From positions 1 through 26,076 of the forward strand of contig DATEEG010000351.1 of assembly GCA_035281305.1 (NCBI GenBank): a stretch of DNA of 26,076 bases, in the 5' to 3' direction. The notes beneath the pieces are model-generated. The model was not told the origin of the DNA. It made no database searches and worked only from the letters and a program-made list of their open reading frames with translations. Below, in pieces: positions 24,306 to 26,076 of the stretch. The stretch's first letter is position 1. Each line of letters starts with the position of its first letter. This DNA is from Acidimicrobiia bacterium. Lineage in GTDB: Bacteria > Actinomycetota > Acidimicrobiia > Spongiisociales > ZC4RG35. Position numbers and translations under genes: made by a program.

Positions 24306-24889
24306 GGGCCGTCCGCTGGGCCGCGATCGGGGTGGTGATCCTGTCGGTGGCGCTAGCCCTGATCTTCGCCAACCGATTCGGCGAAGACCCGAACCTGGTG
24401 CCCTCGCCATTGCTCGGACAGGCCGCCCCGTCGCTCACTCTCCCGCTTCTCGACGGGCGCGGAACCTTCGAGGGCGACACTCTCGACGGCAAGGTCGTAG
24501 TCGTGAATTTCTTCGCGTCCTGGTGCATCCCCTGCCGGGAAGAACAGCCCGACCTGTCCGCCGCGGCTAACGCCTTCGCCGACCGCGGCGTGGTGATCGT
24601 TGAGATCGCCTATCAGGATGAAGCCGGGACAGCCCTCGCATTCCTCAACGAGTTCGGCCGGTCGGAGGCGGCGGTCTACCTGGCCGATCCCGGAGGAAGG
24701 GCCGCTATCGCCTACGGCGTCTTCGGGATCCCGGAGACGTTCTTCGTAGCCGCCGACGGCACGGTGGTCGGAAAAGCGATCGGGGCTACTGACGCCCTCA
24801 CCCTCGGCACCACCATCGACGCCGTCCTGGCGGGCGAACGTCCCGGCCAGGACGTGCTGGGCGACACCTTCACCGGCCCCGGGGGGTGA
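24302..24889 (+). CDS. ccmG: Thiol:disulfide oxidoreductase CcmG/DsbE (TlpA family, 195 aa)
   Basis: VVNFFASWCIPC, YGVFGIPETFFV; N-terminal anchor. Confidence 0.9.
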   Translation: MRAVRWAAIGVVILSVALALIFANRFGEDPNLVPSPLLGQAAPSLTLPLLDGRGTFEGDTLDGKVVVVNFFASWCIPCREEQPDLSAAANAFADRGVVIVEIAYQDEAGTALAFLNEFGRSEAAVYLADPGGRAAIAYGVFGIPETFFVAADGTVVGKAIGATDALTLGTTIDAVLAGERPGQDVLGDTFTGPGG

Positions 24890-24900
24890 AACCCCGGTTT

Positions 24901-24942
24901 TGGCGCGAAAAACCCGCACCCGGGTGCGGGTTTTTCGCGCCA
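24901..24942. terminator. Perfect 42-bp palindrome containing a bidirectional terminator-like core
   Basis: TGGCGCGAAAAACCCGCACCC|GGGTGCGGGTTTTTCGCGCCA between convergent ccmG and hydrolase genes; core A5-CCCGCAC-CCGG-GTGCGGG-T5. Confidence 0.8.
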
Positions 24943-24956
24943 GAACGGGGATCTTC

Positions 24957-26075
24957 TTACGAGCCGATCACTTCGAGGGTTACCTCGTCGAAGGGATTCT
25001 GCTCGATGGCGGCGGCGCCGGTGCCGAGGAGGGTGCGATCGAAGAAGCCGACCAGGAACCGGTCGATTATGGGGATGATGCGACCTGCCGTGATCGGGCC
25101 TTTCAGACCCAGCCGGCCGGCGATCGGCGAGAAGAGCGGGGTGACGACGAAGTCGTTGTGGCCGGCGCCTTCGATGCCTATCCAGTACGTCACGTTCTCA
25201 CTGCGCTCGGCGAGACCGCGCAGCCTGCCGTCGTTGGGAGTGCCCCGCCAACCGTCGGACCGCATGAAGAGCATCGGGCGCACGGCCGGGATGGCGATCA
25301 CGCCGTCGGGTACCGGTTCCACCCAGGCATCCATTCCCAGCACCGCCTGGCAGCGCTCGTCGGATAAGCAGAACCGAACCACGGCCCCACCTCCGGTCGA
25401 GTGTCCGTACACGCCGACCAACCCGAGATCGATGTGGCTGGCGATCTCGCCGAAGGCCCCGGACTCGCCGGCGGCGACCGCATCCAGGATCCCGACGAGA
25501 TCGTCGGCGAAGGTTCCGACCAATCGAGCCGCGGCCTCGTCATAGACCTCGGGCTCGACGGTCGCTTCATCGGGCAACGCGGCTGGATCAAAGCCCACAA
25601 CGGTCCCGTCGGGAAAGCGAGTAGCCACCGCTCCGTAGGTGTGGTCGACGGCGATGACCACGTATCCATGGCTTGCCAGAGACTCGGCTTGATTGACCGC
25701 GATGGTCCTGAATCCGGTCCACCCGTGCGAGTACATCACCAGCGGGAAGAGCCCCGACAACGGCGTCGCATCCTCGAAGGAGTGGCCGCTGGTGTAACGA
25801 GTATGCGACAAGAAGAAGCCGGGAAACCCCAGACGCCTGGACATGGCCGGGCCGATCACATCGACATCGCCGGTCCAGGGACCGGGCTCGGCGCCTTCGG
25901 GCCGTTCAGCCGGATACCAGACCTGAACCATGATCCGCCGGGGCGTTGTTTCGGGCTGGGGACCGTACTGCTCGAGACGATCGGAAAACGTCAACTCCAC
26001 GCTCGCAGTACCGACCGCCAGGGGACCGCTGGGATCGGGCAGATTCGGGACCGGGAGAACTGTGGGCAGCAAAGC
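24957..26075 (-). CDS. Alpha/beta hydrolase (PAF-acetylhydrolase/dienelactone hydrolase-like), N-terminus off the window
   Basis: VQVWYPA, YSHG, LASHGYVVIAVDH, GHSTGG (Ser nucleophile), GMDAW, GAGHNDF. Confidence 0.92.
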   Translation of the reverse strand, partial: ALLPTVLPVPNLPDPSGPLAVGTASVELTFSDRLEQYGPQPETTPRRIMVQVWYPAERPEGAEPGPWTGDVDVIGPAMSRRLGFPGFFLSHTRYTSGHSFEDATPLSGLFPLVMYSHGWTGFRTIAVNQAESLASHGYVVIAVDHTYGAVATRFPDGTVVGFDPAALPDEATVEPEVYDEAAARLVGTFADDLVGILDAVAAGESGAFGEIASHIDLGLVGVYGHSTGGGAVVRFCLSDERCQAVLGMDAWVEPVPDGVIAIPAVRPMLFMRSDGWRGTPNDGRLRGLAERSENVTYWIGIEGAGHNDFVVTPLFSPIAGRLGLKGPITAGRIIPIIDRFLVGFFDRTLLGTGAAAIEQNPFDEVTLEVIGS

Positions 26076-26076
26076 C

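Overview
High-GC bacterial chromosomal segment. Gene content suggests Actinomycetota, possibly Acidimicrobiia-like; this is inference. About 27 CDS; I found no rRNA, tRNA, CRISPR array, transposase or integrase. Left to right: Ser/Thr kinase (partial); SatE-like membrane protein and SatD-HTH; degenerate ADP-ribosylglycohydrolase-fold protein; DAG-kinase-family protein; small HTH + Clp-N gene pair behind a perfect 19-bp inverted repeat; pirin/MarR; a DUF4062-cyclase-STAND-TPR protein; a lipoprotein; two dynamin-like GTPases; two convergent PD-(D/E)xK nucleases; VanW; an Nfu_N-like protein; pyruvate kinase; a full System I cytochrome c maturation operon (ccmABCDEF, ccmH/I, ccmG); a 42-bp perfect palindrome; and a partial alpha/beta hydrolase. 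Many start codons were moved from the ORF track using overlaps, RBS and TANNNT -10 boxes. Best candidates for undescribed biology: (i) the SatD palm-domain + membrane-protein pair with its own operator, (ii) the NLR-like protein with two nucleotide-acting domains, (iii) a split ClpC2-like module with a double operator, and (iv) the GTPase-pair/nuclease cluster with a frameshift-prone repeat. All family calls come from motif recognition by eye, not database searches.
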